From assembly GCA_964016885.1 (NCBI GenBank), contig OZ024752.1, positions 39,432,001 through 39,496,000 of the forward strand: a DNA stretch of 64,000 nt, given 5' to 3'. A program made the translations under genes and the position numbers. This stretch comes from Eledone cirrhosa (lineage: Eukaryota). Positions 40,193 to 52,996 of the stretch are shown here, piece by piece; within the stretch, counting starts at the first letter, position 1, and each line of letters opens with the position of its first letter. Under the pieces are notes generated by a model. It did no database searches. It was given only the letters and a program-made list of their open reading frames with translations, and was not told where the DNA came from.

Positions 40193-40897
40193 TCATATAA
40201 GGGTGGTGGATTGGCAGCATAGAGTTCGGTCCTTTACAGTCTGAGTTCAAATCCTGCCGAGGTTAACTTTGCCTTTCATCCTTACGGAGTCAATAAAATA
40301 AAGTACCAGTCACGCACTGGGGTCGATTTAATCGACTTTTCCCTCCTCCAAAATTGCTGACCTTGTGCCTACATCAGAAACCATTATTCATATAGTTATG
40401 ACCCTTTATATTCAGAGTTCAAATCCCATTTCATCCTTACAGGGTTAAAAGTCTGTCTTAAGCCCGGAGGCTCATCAGGTTGGTGCTTATCTTGGTTTCT
40501 GTGGTGTGAAGCAACTGAGAGTACAAGACTCCCCCTGGACTGGATACCAGTCCATTGCAGGGTTAAACCCCCAACTATTGCTGGTACTCATTTTCAGCTG
40601 AGTGTATTGGAGCAACGTGAAATGAAGTGTTTTGCTCAAGAACACAACACACAACCCAAGCCCAGGAATCAAACCCACAACATCATGATCGTAAGGGCTA
40701 AAAATGAGGAGCAACAACTGTGAGGCATGGGGTGAAAGTGAATAAGATAAACTCACTGATATAATTGTTTCTACTTTAGGCACAAGGCCAGCAATTACCC
40801 AGTTCATTACTGGTACTTTATTTTATCAACCCCGTAAGGGTGAAAGGCAAAGTCAACCTCGGCGAAAGAGTTACAATAGACTAAAATAGGATTTTAC

Positions 40898-40954
40898 CTC
40901 AAAAATATGCTTTTGTGAAACTTCTTCATCATCTTCAACAATTGCCTTTGAAAT
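40898..40954 (-). CDS. PRKDC: DNA-PKcs exon 10 (ISKAIVEDDEEVSQKHIFE)
   Basis: AG/GT, phase 0-0, fills the gap between exons 9 and 11. Confidence 0.8.
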
Positions 40955-42050
40955 CTGAAATATGTAATAATTTCTTATAATTTTATTTCAAAATACTCAA
41001 ATATATTCCTAGTATAAAATTACATATAAATAATAAAGAATTTAATGGATGTATGTTTGAAACGAGCCGAGCGAAGTTTAGAATTGAAATAAAAATAGAA
41101 GCTTTGCCATAACATTGACTAAATAATATAGCCTAATAATGTGGTGTATAAACCTACTGAACGGAAAAAGATGGGTCTCAGCTGACATGGGAGTCAAACC
41201 CACACCTCTCATTTGCCGGACAAGTATGCTACCATTCAGCTAAGCATACTGGAGTAATGTGAAATGAAGTGTTTTGCTCAAGAACACAACAAACAACCCA
41301 AACCCAGCATGAACCCAAAACATTATGAGTGCAAGTCCAAGGGTCTTCCGTTAAAGTCTTAGGTCTAGCAATGAATTGTGAGTGAATTTATTAGATAGAA
41401 ATTGCAAAAAAGCATGTCATGTATAGGTATAAATATATATTAAAATGTTAAGGAAAAGTTCTTTCACCTTTTAGCATTTACATTACTCTATATATATACT
41501 ATGATATTTTTACGGTAAAGGCTTTACCTTACATAATTATCTCACATAATATCAAATCTATGAGATTTCGATATTATTTATTTCAAGAACAATACCCTAA
41601 CATCAGTATGAGTGGCCAGTTACAGACAGTTTGAACAGAAAAAGGTGAGAGAATTCTGGCCAGATACGGCCAGTTTAAATGCTAAAGGGTTAAAAGTTCT
41701 TTAACCCTTTAATGTTCAAACCGGCCAAAACTGGCCAGAATTCTCTACCTTTTTCTGTTGAAACTGGCTGTAACTGGCCACTCAAACTGATGTTAAGGTA
41801 TTGTTCTCAAAATAAATACTTTCAAAATCTCATAGATTCGATATTATCTGAGATAATTATGTGAGATAAAGCCTTTACCATGAAAATACAATAGTATATA
41901 TATAGAGTAATGTGAATTCTAAAGGGTTAAAGTAGATTGACATAGACTTTCAGAATAAAATCCAAACTGTAAAAATGACTTTTGTCATTGTTTCAGCTCT
42001 TTAGAGAGAAAATAAAAGACTCACTTTATACATGTCTAGTTACAACTTAC

Positions 42051-42143
42051 TTCATATATAAAAGCTTCCATTGCCCATTGTCCATGATTTGCTAACTCTC
42101 TGTTTTTGTGATGAAACCATTTCAAGAAGATGTCATACATTTC
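42051..42143 (-). CDS. PRKDC: DNA-PKcs exon 9 (EMYDIFLKWFHHKNREL...)
   Basis: AG/GTAAGT; resembles human LLKWCAHTNVEL. Confidence 0.92.
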
Positions 42144-42225
42144 CTATTAAATGGTAAATAAAAATGAATATATCAACAGAGAATATACATGATTGAACTT
42201 TGAAGTGCTGACAATATAGAATTAA

Positions 42226-42440
42226 TGTAAAGGATGATGTGCTCAAGTGCAGAGATGCTGTAAAATAGTTTATAAAATAAGGTGAAGATAGAAAAAAATA
42301 GTTTATAAAATAAGGTAAAAGATAGAAAAAATGTTGCCATCGGCTGATGGCAACTTCTTTTTCTGACTTTTAAGAGTTATCGCCTTATTTTATAAAGCTA
42401 ATTTATAGCATCTCTGCACATGAACACATCATCCTTTACA
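42226..42440. mobile_element. Palindromic MITE
   Basis: TIR tgtaaaggatgatgtg/cacatcatcctttaca with an internal hairpin. Confidence 0.65.
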
Positions 42441-42601
42441 TACATACATCCTTTAAATTTTAGCAGCAAAATTACAACAATGAAAATTAAATTTAATTGT
42501 AATTTTAACATGTCTGAAAAATTTAATAAGTTGGGGTGGGAAGATTATTCAAGACCCGAGAGTAAATATATATATATATATATGTTTATAGATAAACTTA
42601 C

Positions 42602-42756
42602 CTTATGAACATCTAGCAAGAATTTAATAAAGAATGCAGAGTGGTTTTCAAATAGAATTAAGCTTGCTTTCGGCATTTCATAGCGGGAAAGTTCAAGGTC
42701 CGGTTTGATAGCATTGCGTACAGATTGGAAAAGTTCATAATACTTTTTAACATTAT
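42602..42756 (-). CDS. PRKDC: DNA-PKcs exon 8 (...AIKPDLELSRYEMPKASL...)
   Basis: AG/GTAAGT; resembles human AIRPQIDLKRYAVP. Confidence 0.93.
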
Positions 42757-43140
42757 CTATAACGAAAACAAATAATAATTATGTAATCATTATTTCTTCT
42801 TTTTCTTCTCCGTCATCTCCTCATTCTTTGCTCCTCAGAGGGTCATGAGGGAGTCCTCAAGCAGGCCTTCTAGCGGGTCCTGTCAAAAGGATGCATCTCC
42901 AATTTGACTGTCACCACAGAATATGAACCTGAAGATTGCGAAAGCATGAAAGTACTTGTTCAATTAACATTTAACATTTAATATTCTACCATACTATTTC
43001 ATTATAATATCATTATAATTTTAAAGGATTGTAAATAAAACGAGTAAATCAGACAAAGTTGGAATTCCTTTTATTAATATAATCTTCTATACACAATCAT
43101 ATACACCCGTGTATATTTATCTATATATATCTATATATAT

Positions 43141-43241
43141 ACAGGCTGTCCTAAAAAAATGTATACACAATTCAACAACATTCTAATAAATATTGCCTGT
43201 ACAGGTAATCAAAGTGTGCATACATTTTTTGGGACACCCTA
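43141..43241. mobile_element. Tiny Tc1/mariner-type MITE
   Basis: TA-CAGGCTGTCC...GGACACCCT inverted ends. Confidence 0.55.
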
Positions 43242-43269
43242 AATTCTAGATATCAGTTGTTAAACTTAC

Positions 43270-43369
43270 CTTCGGGATCATAAGGCAGATGGTTTAATAG
43301 AAGCATGTTAGAACCTTCTAGACAAGCAGCAATAATTAGGAACTCGGGTTTCTTGGATTTACTTTTGAA
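43270..43369 (-). CDS. PRKDC: DNA-PKcs exon 7 (FKSKSKKPEFLIIAACLEG...)
   Basis: AG/GTAAGT; resembles human EPKLPVLAGCLKG. Confidence 0.92.
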
Positions 43370-44078
43370 CTGTAATATAATACACACATACACATATATA
43401 TATATATAGTAATAATAAATTTGAAGACTAAAATCCAAAGAGGGCTCGATAAGGATAAATATATATCAAATATATAAGAACCGTAGAGTTTCAGAAGATC
43501 CTGTTAAGGGTGAAAGCAGCGATTCTTTGCTTAAACTTTAATCTGTTATTTTAATATATATATATATATATGAAAACAGGGAGAAAGAGACGATTATGAG
43601 GAAGAAAAATATATTTTTTTCCTTTTTTGTTTCTCTCTCTCTCTTTTCTGGGTTAGAAAATGATTAAAACGAAATGTTTTACTTTGTGTGAAGTGTTAAG
43701 GTATTAGTTGATTTATTTATTATTTAACAATGGCATTTATTTATCTATTTTTATATTTAATTATTGTCTATTACCGGTTTCAGCATTTATATGCATTATC
43801 AAATGATAGTGACATGTATTAGTGTGGTGTCGCACATGTTAAACAGAAGGTGCAGCAAGAATAATGTTATTTACAAACAAGGTTTAAGAAGTGAAAAGAA
43901 AAAAAGAAAAAGGAAAAAAACGTGCATAATGTGGAACGTAAAAAGTCAATGTGGAAGAAAAAATAATGTTATTTACAGGCATAGTTATTGAAGTTAAGCA
44001 GATCAAAATGTCTTAATATTACAAGAGTGCTTAGTTGAACCATGATTCCATGTTGGAAGCAAATGGTGGACTGAGGTT

Positions 44079-44129
<51 letters not shown>

Positions 44130-44372
44130 AAGTTATATTTAAAATTGTTGGGTTACAACTAGTAAATATTTATAACTGATATAAAAGCACTCGACAAATA
44201 TTTGGAGTATATTTACAATATTATATATTTATATAATATCTTATATAATATCTTTTCTCTCTCTCTTTCTTTCTCTCTGTATTTTCACTGCTAGAGTGAA
44301 CCTCTTCAAATGAAGTTGATGTTTATTACGGTATGTCGAATATATTTATCTATAAAACTGTTTATATTGTAT

Positions 44373-44433
44373 TTTGTCTGATGAAGGCATAGCATATTGT
44401 TAATATGATATCCCCGAAATATATATAATGAAA
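44373..44433 (+). ncRNA. Minimal hammerhead ribozyme, same family as 10630
   Basis: tttgt-CTGATGA-stem II-GAAA-tatata-TA-atgaa; downstream flank nearly identical to 10683-10730. Confidence 0.65.
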
Positions 44434-44868
44434 TAAATATGGTTTTATAAATATAGTTTTCCATTTATTTAATATTGTATATTCCTATATATATATGTTC
44501 CTATATATATATATATCTATCTAAGGCAGGTAAAATTCCCGAGATCCATGGACGAGTTCTCTCCAGCGGTCTCTGTCCCTCATTATCGCTGCCATATGGT
44601 GGATGGGTGCTACACGAGAATGCTGAGGATGGCTCTGAACATTAATCAGTATACACTGAGGATGAAAAACTCAGAGCTGTATGGGAGCATCCCAAAAGTC
44701 AGCTCAAAAGTGACACAGAGGAGACTGAGGTTGGCTGGACATGCTCACCGACATCCAGAGTTGACATTGCACTCAGTGCTCCTTTGGGAGCCCCTACATG
44801 GACACACTAGAAGAGGAAGACCAAGGTTAACATATGTTGATGCCCTAAGGACAGACACTGGTCTGTTG

Positions 44869-44913
<45 letters not shown>

Positions 44914-45487
44914 CAAAGGAAATGTGGTAAGGAACCAGATGGACCATAACGTACCAAAGTACTCAATACTTAGGATAGTAGAGTGGGTAATAGGAACGAG
45001 TAGGACCCCGACAGCTGAGCTCAAGCCGTTTCGACAAGAATTAGCCGTCGAAACGGCTTGAGCTCAGCCGTCGGGGTCCTACTTGTTCCTATATATATAT
45101 ATTATTATATAAAGGTTGGTGTTAGGAAGGGCATCCAGCCGTAGAAAACCTGCCAGATAGTCCTATATGAGCAAGACACGGTCACCCGACCAGCCTTGCC
45201 TCAAGTGGGACAACTCCCGTCTAACCCATGCTAGCGTGGAAAATGGACGTTAAATGAAGATGATGATGATGATGATGATGATGATATATATATAGAGCGG
45301 TAGATTGGCAGTATCGGTAGAGGGTCGGACACCATGCTTTGCAGCAAAGAGTGTTACGGCCCTTTATGATCTGAATTCAAACCCCGCCAAGGTTAACTTT
45401 GCCTTTCATCCTTACGGGGGTCGATAAAATAAAGTACCAGTAATGCACTGGGATAATTGCTGGCCTTGTGCCAAAAATAGAAACAAT

Positions 45488-45537
<50 letters not shown>

Positions 45538-46147
45538 ATTGTTTCTATTTTTGCCTATATATATATCATCATCATCATCATCATCTTCGTTTAACGTCAA
45601 TTTTCCACGCTAGCATCGGTTAGACGGGAGTTGTCCCACTTGAGGCAAGGCTGGTCGGGTGACCGTGTCTTGCTCATATAGGACTATCTGGCAGGTTTTC
45701 TAGGGCTGCATGCCCTTCCTAACACCAACCTTTTTTAATTTATAATAAATTGGAGTGAAAGCAACTGGTGCGTGTGTTTCTTATTGGCAACATGACCCTC
45801 CCAAAGTATAACAATATCGGTTTCAATCAACACAAGTTTTCAGATAAAGAATCTTGCTAAACAAATTCAGAAACGAAATATATATATATATATATATATA
45901 CAATATATTGAGAAACACACAGATACATGCGGACACATACATATACATGAATATATCCACATCCATCCTTGAGTTAATGGTGCCTCGATATAAATACCCC
46001 CTCCGCCTCCGTGGTATTTTTTTCAGGGTTATAAGGGGCTTAGCTCTGTTTCTTGACCGTTGTATCACGTGACTGACTCCCCCTCCGCTTTTTGGGATTC
46101 TATCTCACATCTTATAGACGTGTTCTTGAAGCTAGTAAAATGAGGTA

Positions 46148-46240
46148 TCCTCTTGATAAGTCGGCAGACCTCACAAAAGCTCTATATCTCTGTGATGTAG
46201 TGTTTTTGCATAATATGCCACGAAACTACGTAGTCGAGGA
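46148..46240 (+). ncRNA. Degenerate hammerhead ribozyme with a long stem II
   Basis: tcctc-TTGATAA (two core changes)-gtcggca...tgccac-GAAA-ctacgtag-TC-gagga. Confidence 0.55.
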
Positions 46241-46994
46241 ATCTAGAAGCAGTTTAGGTATGATACATCTTATTACTAATTATATCTAAATGTTTCTTCT
46301 CTCTTCATAATATATATATATATATATATATATAATTGTTTCTATTTTTGGCACAAGGCCAGTAATTATCCCAGTCCATTACTGGTACTTTATTTTATCG
46401 ACCCCGTAAGGATGAAAGGCAAAGTTAACCTCGCCGGGATTTGAATTCAGATCATAAAGGGCCGTAACACTGTTTGCTGCAAAGCATGGCGTCCGACCCT
46501 CTACCGATTCTGCCAATCCACCGCCCTATATATATATATATATATATACGGGTACAAGCCGAAGCTGAAGCATATAGACAATATGCCCCCACTGCAAAGT
46601 GGTCGTGGAGGTGCCACAGCAAAAAAGCACCCAGCCCACACTGTAAACTGGACGTGTAGGCACCACGAAAAAGCACCCAGCACTCCCTGTAAATGAGGTT
46701 GGTGTTAGGAAGGGCATCCAGCTGTAGAAATCAAGCCAGAATCAGTTCCCGTATGATTAAGACAAGGTCAGCCGACCAACACTGCCCACAACAGGACAAC
46801 CCGTCTAACCCATGCTAGCGTGGCAGAACAGACGTAAAACAGTGATGATGATGATGATATATTTATGATGCCTGTGTGAGAAAAGGATGACGACTTAACA
46901 GGGTGGACTAGGTGCTGTTTATCATGTCACCAGCACAACCACCTTACAGGGTGGACTGGGTGCTTTTTATCTTGGCACCAAAATACTACTTAAT

Positions 46995-47700
46995 AGGGTG
47001 GACTGGCTGTTTTTTATCATGTCACCAGTACGAACACCTTTCAGGGTGGACTGGCTGTTTTTTATCATGTCACCAGTACGAACACCTTTCAGGGTGGACT
47101 GGCTGTTTTTTATCATGTCACCAGTACGAACACCTTTCAGGGTGGACTGGCTGTTTTTTATCATGTCACCAGTACGAACACCTTTCAGGGTGGACTGGCT
47201 GTTTTTTATCATGTCACCAGTACGAACACCTTTCAGGGTGGACTGGCTGTTTTTTATCATGTCACCAGTACGAACACCTTTCAGGGTGGACTGGCTGTTT
47301 TTTATCATGTCACCAGTACGAACACCTTTCAGGGTGGACTGGCTGTTTTTTATCATGTCACCAGTACGAACACCTTTCAGGGTGGACTGGCTGTTTTTTA
47401 TCATGTCACCAGTACGAACACCTTTCAGGGTGGACTGGCTGTTTTTTATCATGTCACCAGTACGAACACCTTTCAGGGTGGACTGGCTGTTTTTTATCAT
47501 GTCACCAGTACGAACACCTTTCAGGGTGGACTGGCTGTTTTTTATCATGTCACCAGTACGAACACCTTTCAGGGTGGACTGGCTGTTTTTTATCATGTCA
47601 CCAGTACGAACACCTTTCAGGGTGGACTGGCTGTTTTTTATCATGTCACCAGTACGAACACCTTTCACGGTAGACTGGCTGTTTTTTATCATATCACCAG
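46995..47700. repeat. 48-bp near-perfect tandem repeat, about 14 units
   Basis: agggtggactggctgttttttatcatgtcaccagtacgaacacctttc. Confidence 0.95.
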
Positions 47701-47930
47701 TATGAGCACCTTACTAGGTGGACTGGGTGCTTTTTATCTTGGCACCAAAATGACCACTTAACAGGGTGGACTGGGTACTGTTTATCATGTCACCAGCACA
47801 ACCACGTTACAGGGTGGACTGGGTGTTTTGTTTAAAATATAGTAAGAGTTAAAATATGTGAAATGAAATGCTAATCATAAGGTAAGTAAAAAGAAAAGAG
47901 ACAGATAAAGGTTCAACATTGGAAACTTAC

Positions 47931-48043
47931 CTCTGTTGCCATTGAACTTAGATATATGTCAAATAGCTTTGCTGTATAATTGTTCATAAACTCAGGGTAA
48001 TATTTCGCAAGGGTGCCAAACAACACGTAGATTTTGGCTCTTA
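47931..48043 (-). CDS. PRKDC: DNA-PKcs exon 6 (VRAKIYVLFGTLAKYYPEFM...)
   Basis: AG/GTAAGT; resembles human KVYELLGLLGEVHPSEM. Confidence 0.92.
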
Positions 48044-48194
48044 CTGAAAGAAAAAAATATAACACTAATAATAATGATTGTGTCTACGTTAGGCACAAGG
48101 CCAGCAATTATACAGTGCATTACTGGTACTTTATTTTATCGACCCCGTAAGGATGAAAGGCAAAGTTAACCCTGGCAGGATTTGAACTGAGACC

Positions 48195-48242
<48 letters not shown>

Positions 48243-48809
48243 TGTTTCTACTTTAGGCACAATGCCAGCAATTATCCCAGTGCATTACTGGTACTTTATT
48301 TTATCGACCCCCGTAAGGATGAAAGGCAAAGTCAACCTCGGCGGGATTTGAACTCAGATCGTAAAGGGACGTAACTATGATTGTTTCTACTTTAGGCACA
48401 AGGCCAGCAATTACTCCAGTGCATTACTGGTACTTTATTTTATTGACCCCATAAGGATGAAAAGCAAAGATAACCCTGGCAGGATTTGAACTTAGACCGT
48501 AAAGGGCCGTAACTCTATACTGCTAAGCATGGCGTCCGATCCTCTACCGATACTGCCAGATAATAATAGTAATAATTGTTTCTACATTTGGCACAAGGCC
48601 AGCAATTATCCCAGTGTATTACTGGTACTTTATTTTATAGACCCCGTAAGGATGAAAGGCAAAGTTAACCTCGGCGGGATTTGAACTCAGACCAATAATA
48701 ATAATAATAATTGTTTCTACTTTAGGCACAAGGCCAGCAATTATCCCAGTGCATTACTGGTACTTTATTTTATCGACCCCGATATTGCTGCGGCCCTGGC
48801 AGTATTGAT

Positions 48810-51140
48810 AATGATAATGATAATGATAAATTATTGTGTACAGTGCTCAGGTGCACTACAACTCATCAAAGGTGCATGTATAGTACATAGAATAATATAC
48901 AAATGTCAGGGAAGTGAATAGTGTATGAGTCATGATATACATGTGTGCATGTGTATGGAGGGGGAATATTAGGTGTAGTGTTGGCGAATCTCGGGAAGCA
49001 TGGAGGCCTTAAAGGATGCAGTGTCTCGGCAGCTAACAACCGATGCAGGGAGTTTGTTCCATGGAGGTTTTAAAGGATGCAGTGTCTCGACAGTTAACAA
49101 CCGATGCAGGTAGTTTGTTCCATGGAGGTTTTAAAGGAAGCAGTGTCTCGACAGTTAACAACCGATGCAGGTAGTTTGTTCCATGGAGGTTTTAAAGGAT
49201 GCAGTGTCTCGACAGCTAACAACCGATGCAGGTAGTTTGTTCCATGGAGGTTTTAAAGGATGCAGTGTCTCGACAGCTAACAACCGATGCAGGTAGTTTG
49301 TTCCATGGAGGTTTTAAAGGATGCAGTGTCTCGACAGCTAACAACCGATGCAGGTAGTTTGTTCCATGGAGGTTTTAAAGGATGCAGTGTCTCGACAGCT
49401 AACAACCGATGCAGGTAGTTTGTTCCATGGAGGTTTTAAAGGATGCAGTGTCTCGACAGCTAACAACCGATGCAGGTAGTTTGTTCCATGGAGGTTTTAA
49501 AGGATGCAGTGTCTCGACAGCTAACAACCGATGCAGGTAGTTTGTTCCATGGAGGTTTTAAAGGAAGCAGTGTCTCGACAGCTAACAACCGATGCAGGTA
49601 GTTTGTTCCATGGAGGTTTTAAAGGATGCAGTGTCTCGACAGCTAACAACCGATGCAGGTAGTTTGTTCCATGGAGGTTTTAAAGGATGCAGTGTCTCGA
49701 CAGCTAACAACCGATGCAGGTAGTTTGTTCCATGGAGGTTTTAAAGGATGCAGTGTCTCGACAGCTAACAACCGATGCAGGTAGTTTGTTCCATGGAGGT
49801 TTTAAAGGATGCAGTGTCTCGACAGCTAACAACCGATGCAGGTAGTTTGTTCCATGGAGATTTTAAAGGATGCAGTGTCTCGACAGCTAACAACCGATGC
49901 AGGTAGTTTGTTCCATGGAGGTTTTAAAGGATGCAGTGTCTCGACAGCTAACAACTGATGCAGGTAGTTTGTTCCATGGAGGTTTTAAAGGATGCAGTGT
50001 CTCGACAGCTAACAACCGATGCAGGTAGTTTGTTCCATGGAGGTTTTAAAGGAAGCAGTGTCTCGACAGCTAACAACCGATGCAGGTAGTTTGTTCCATG
50101 GAGGTTTTAAAGGATGCAGTGTCTCGACAGCTAACAACCGATGCAGGTAGTTTGTTCCATGGAGGTTTTAAAGGATGCAGTGTCTCGACAGCTAACAACC
50201 GATGCAGGTAGTTTGTTCCATGGAGGTTTTAAAGGATGCAGTGTCTCGACAGCTAACAACCGATGCAGGTAGTTTGTTCCATGGAGGTTTTAAAGGATGC
50301 AGTGTCTCGACAGCTAACAACCGATGCAGGTAGTTTGTTCCATGGAGGTTTTAAAGGATGCAGTGTCTCGACAGCTAACAACCGATGCAGGTAGTTTGTT
50401 CCATGGAGATTTTAAAGGATGCAGTGTCTCGACAGCTAACAACCGATGCAGGTAGTTTGTTCCATGGAGGTTTTAAAGGATGCAGTGTCTCGACAGCTAA
50501 CAACCGATGCAGGTAGTTTGTTCCATGGAGGTTTTAAAGGATGCAGTGTCTCGACAGCTAACAACCGATGCAGGTAGTTTGTTCCATGGAGGTTTTAAAG
50601 GATGCAGTGTCTCGACAGCTAACAACCGATGCAGGTAGTTTGTTCCATGGAGGTTTTAAAGGATGCAGTGTCTCGACAGCTAACAACCGATGCAGGTAGT
50701 TTGTTCCATGGAGATTTTAAAGGATGCAGTGTCTCGACAGCTAACAACCGATGCAGATAGTTTGTTCCATGGAGGTTTTAAAGGATGCAGTGTCTCGACA
50801 GCTAACAACCGATGCAGGTAGTTTGTTCCATGGAGGTTTTAAAGGATGCAGTGTCTCGACAGCTAACAACCGATGCAGGTAGTTTGTTCCATGGAGGTTT
50901 TAAAGGATGCAGTGTCTCGACAACTAACAACCGATGCAGGTAGTTTGTTCCATGGAGGTTTTAAAGGAAGCAGTGTCTCGACAGCTAACAACTGATGCAG
51001 GTAGTTTGTTCCATGGAGGTTTTAAAGGATGCAGTGTCTCGACAGCTAACAACCGATGCAGGTAGTTTGTTCCATGCTTCAGCAACTCTGAATGTGAAAA
51101 AATGTTTCCGAAAGTCATGGGAGCTGTGCTGTTTTCTGAC
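48810..51140 (-). mobile_element. CR1-like LINE 3' end containing a 61-bp minisatellite (about 34 units, 48998-51075)
   Basis: KHFFTFRVAEAWNKLPASVV...SFK C-terminal motif of CR1-type ORF2. Confidence 0.75.
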
Positions 51141-51304
51141 GTCGTGGGCATGCTAATCTTATCACCACCACAAGCAACAGTTATAAGTGTGGACACGATA
51201 AGAAGAAGAACTTAAATGAAAAAAGAAAACAATATGATATATATTTTAGTAGAAAGCTATTACTTCAACATTTATTAGCTAAAGCAGTATATAAACCAAC
51301 TAAC

Positions 51305-51413
51305 CAGTCAATGGAGTTTTTGATGTATTAGCTAGCTCCTTAAAGAATTTGTCAATAAGGTTTGGAATGTCCAATGTACTGACTTGGTAATATCCTGAAG
51401 AAGCTTTTAAGAC
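51305..51413 (-). CDS. PRKDC: DNA-PKcs exon 5 (VLKASSG...KFFKELANTSKTPLT)
   Basis: AG/GT flanks, frame-consistent. Confidence 0.9.
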
Positions 51414-51693
51414 CTGAAAAATAAATTTAACAGAATATAATATACATCATCATCATTTCCATTTAGCGTTAATTCTTCCATGCTTGCATGGGTTAGACAG
51501 GTCATGCATGGTTGGTTACGTCACACCATGTTCCAGCAAGGGCGGTAAATTTGGCCGGGTATTTTACAGCTGGATGCCCTTCCTAACACCAACCACATTT
51601 ACAGTAATATAAAGTAATGTAAATGCTAAAGGGTTAAGACACATAGATAGCAGAAGCTATTGATCATATATACATATATATTTTACATATATG

Positions 51694-52086
51694 AAGGCAC
51701 ATGGCTTAGTGGTTAGAGCATTGGGCTTGAAATCAAAAGGTTGTGAGTTCAATTCTCAGACCGAGTGATGTGTTGTTTCCTTGAGCAAGATACTTTATTT
51801 CACATTGCTCCAGTTTACTCAGCTGTAGAAATGAGATGATAGGACTGGGGTCCCTATCATACCACTGCAAAGTGGTTGTGGAGGTGCAACGGCAAAAAAA
51901 GCACCCAGCCCACACTGTAAAGTGGACGTGTAGGCGCCACGGAAAAAAAAAAAAAAGCACCCAGCACTCACTGTAAATGAGGTTGGTGTTAGGAAGGGCA
52001 TCCAGCTGTAGAAATCGAGCCAGAATCAGTTCCCGCCCCACCCTTGCAAGCAGGGAAAAGTGGGCGTATGATGATGATGATGATGA
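51694..52086 (+). mobile_element. tRNA-derived SINE, family 2, with an RTE-type 3' tail and (GAT)n
   Basis: TGGCTTAGTGG A box, GAGTTCAATT B box; 3' end cccacccttgcaagcagggaaa shared with RTE family C; copies at 9835-10216, 16545-16876, 38118-38437 (-). Confidence 0.82.
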
Positions 52087-52439
52087 TATAATCACACACA
52101 TGGATGCAGCATGATCGAATGGTTAAGAAGATTGCTTCACAATCAATAGGTCCTGGGTTCAATTCCACTGTTTGGTGGGTGAAATTATGAGGACAGGAAC
52201 TGCTTGGACAGCTGTAGCTGTAATTCAAAGCACCAGCTTTGTCACACACAGTTTCACACTGAATCTCCCTGAGAACAATGTTAAGGGTACATATGTCTGT
52301 GGAATGCTCAGCCACTTGTTTATTAATTTCTAAGTTGCCTGTTTCATTGATCAAACAACTGTTAACAGTCATCATTGACACTGACTGAGTTCGATTCCTA
52401 GTCTTACACACACATGCACAACATGTATTTTAAATATAC

Positions 52440-52484
<45 letters not shown>

Positions 52485-52506
52485 TATATATACTATAATC
52501 ACTTAC

Positions 52507-52581
52507 AAGTGTGAGCAATTCAAGAGCTGCATTTTTCACCTTGGCAGTTTTATCTTTGTTGAACAATAACATACAAATGCC
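52507..52581 (-). CDS. PRKDC: DNA-PKcs exon 4 (GICMLLFNKDKTAKVKNAALELLTL)
   Basis: AG/GTAAGT; resembles human KDRAAKCKIPALDLL. Confidence 0.93.
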
Positions 52582-52851
52582 CTAAAAAATATTTTTAAAA
52601 TGCATAAAAATATAAAAATATAAAATATATAAAACACACAAAATACATAAATATAAAATATAAAAAATCATATAAGATATGAAATATGAAAATATGAAAT
52701 CTGAAAATCCGAAAATATAAAAATATGAAATATGAAAATAAATATAAAAAAATGCATAAAATGTCAATGAAAAGAGAATATTGAATATTTTTTATTCACA
52801 GCAACAGAAGATATCAGAGACAAGTAAATTTGAATTTATATAAACACTTAC

Positions 52852-52947
52852 TTTGAGATCAGCACTGTATGGTTGCAGATACTTTCTAAACTTCTGTCCA
52901 CCAAGACTGGCCAGCATTGCCAATAATTTAGCACGATTTTCAGAAGA
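52852..52947 (-). CDS. PRKDC: DNA-PKcs exon 3 (SSENRAKLL...LQPYSADLK)
   Basis: AG/GTAAGT; resembles human IAPYSVEIK. Confidence 0.92.
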
Positions 52948-52996
52948 CTAAGAAGGAAAGATATATAAAAAGTACCATTATATAAGAAGGTTGGAA

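Noticed and set aside
46912-47705. Cys/His-repeat ORFs (zinc-finger-like)
   Set aside because: Translation of a 48-bp tandem repeat that is open in several frames
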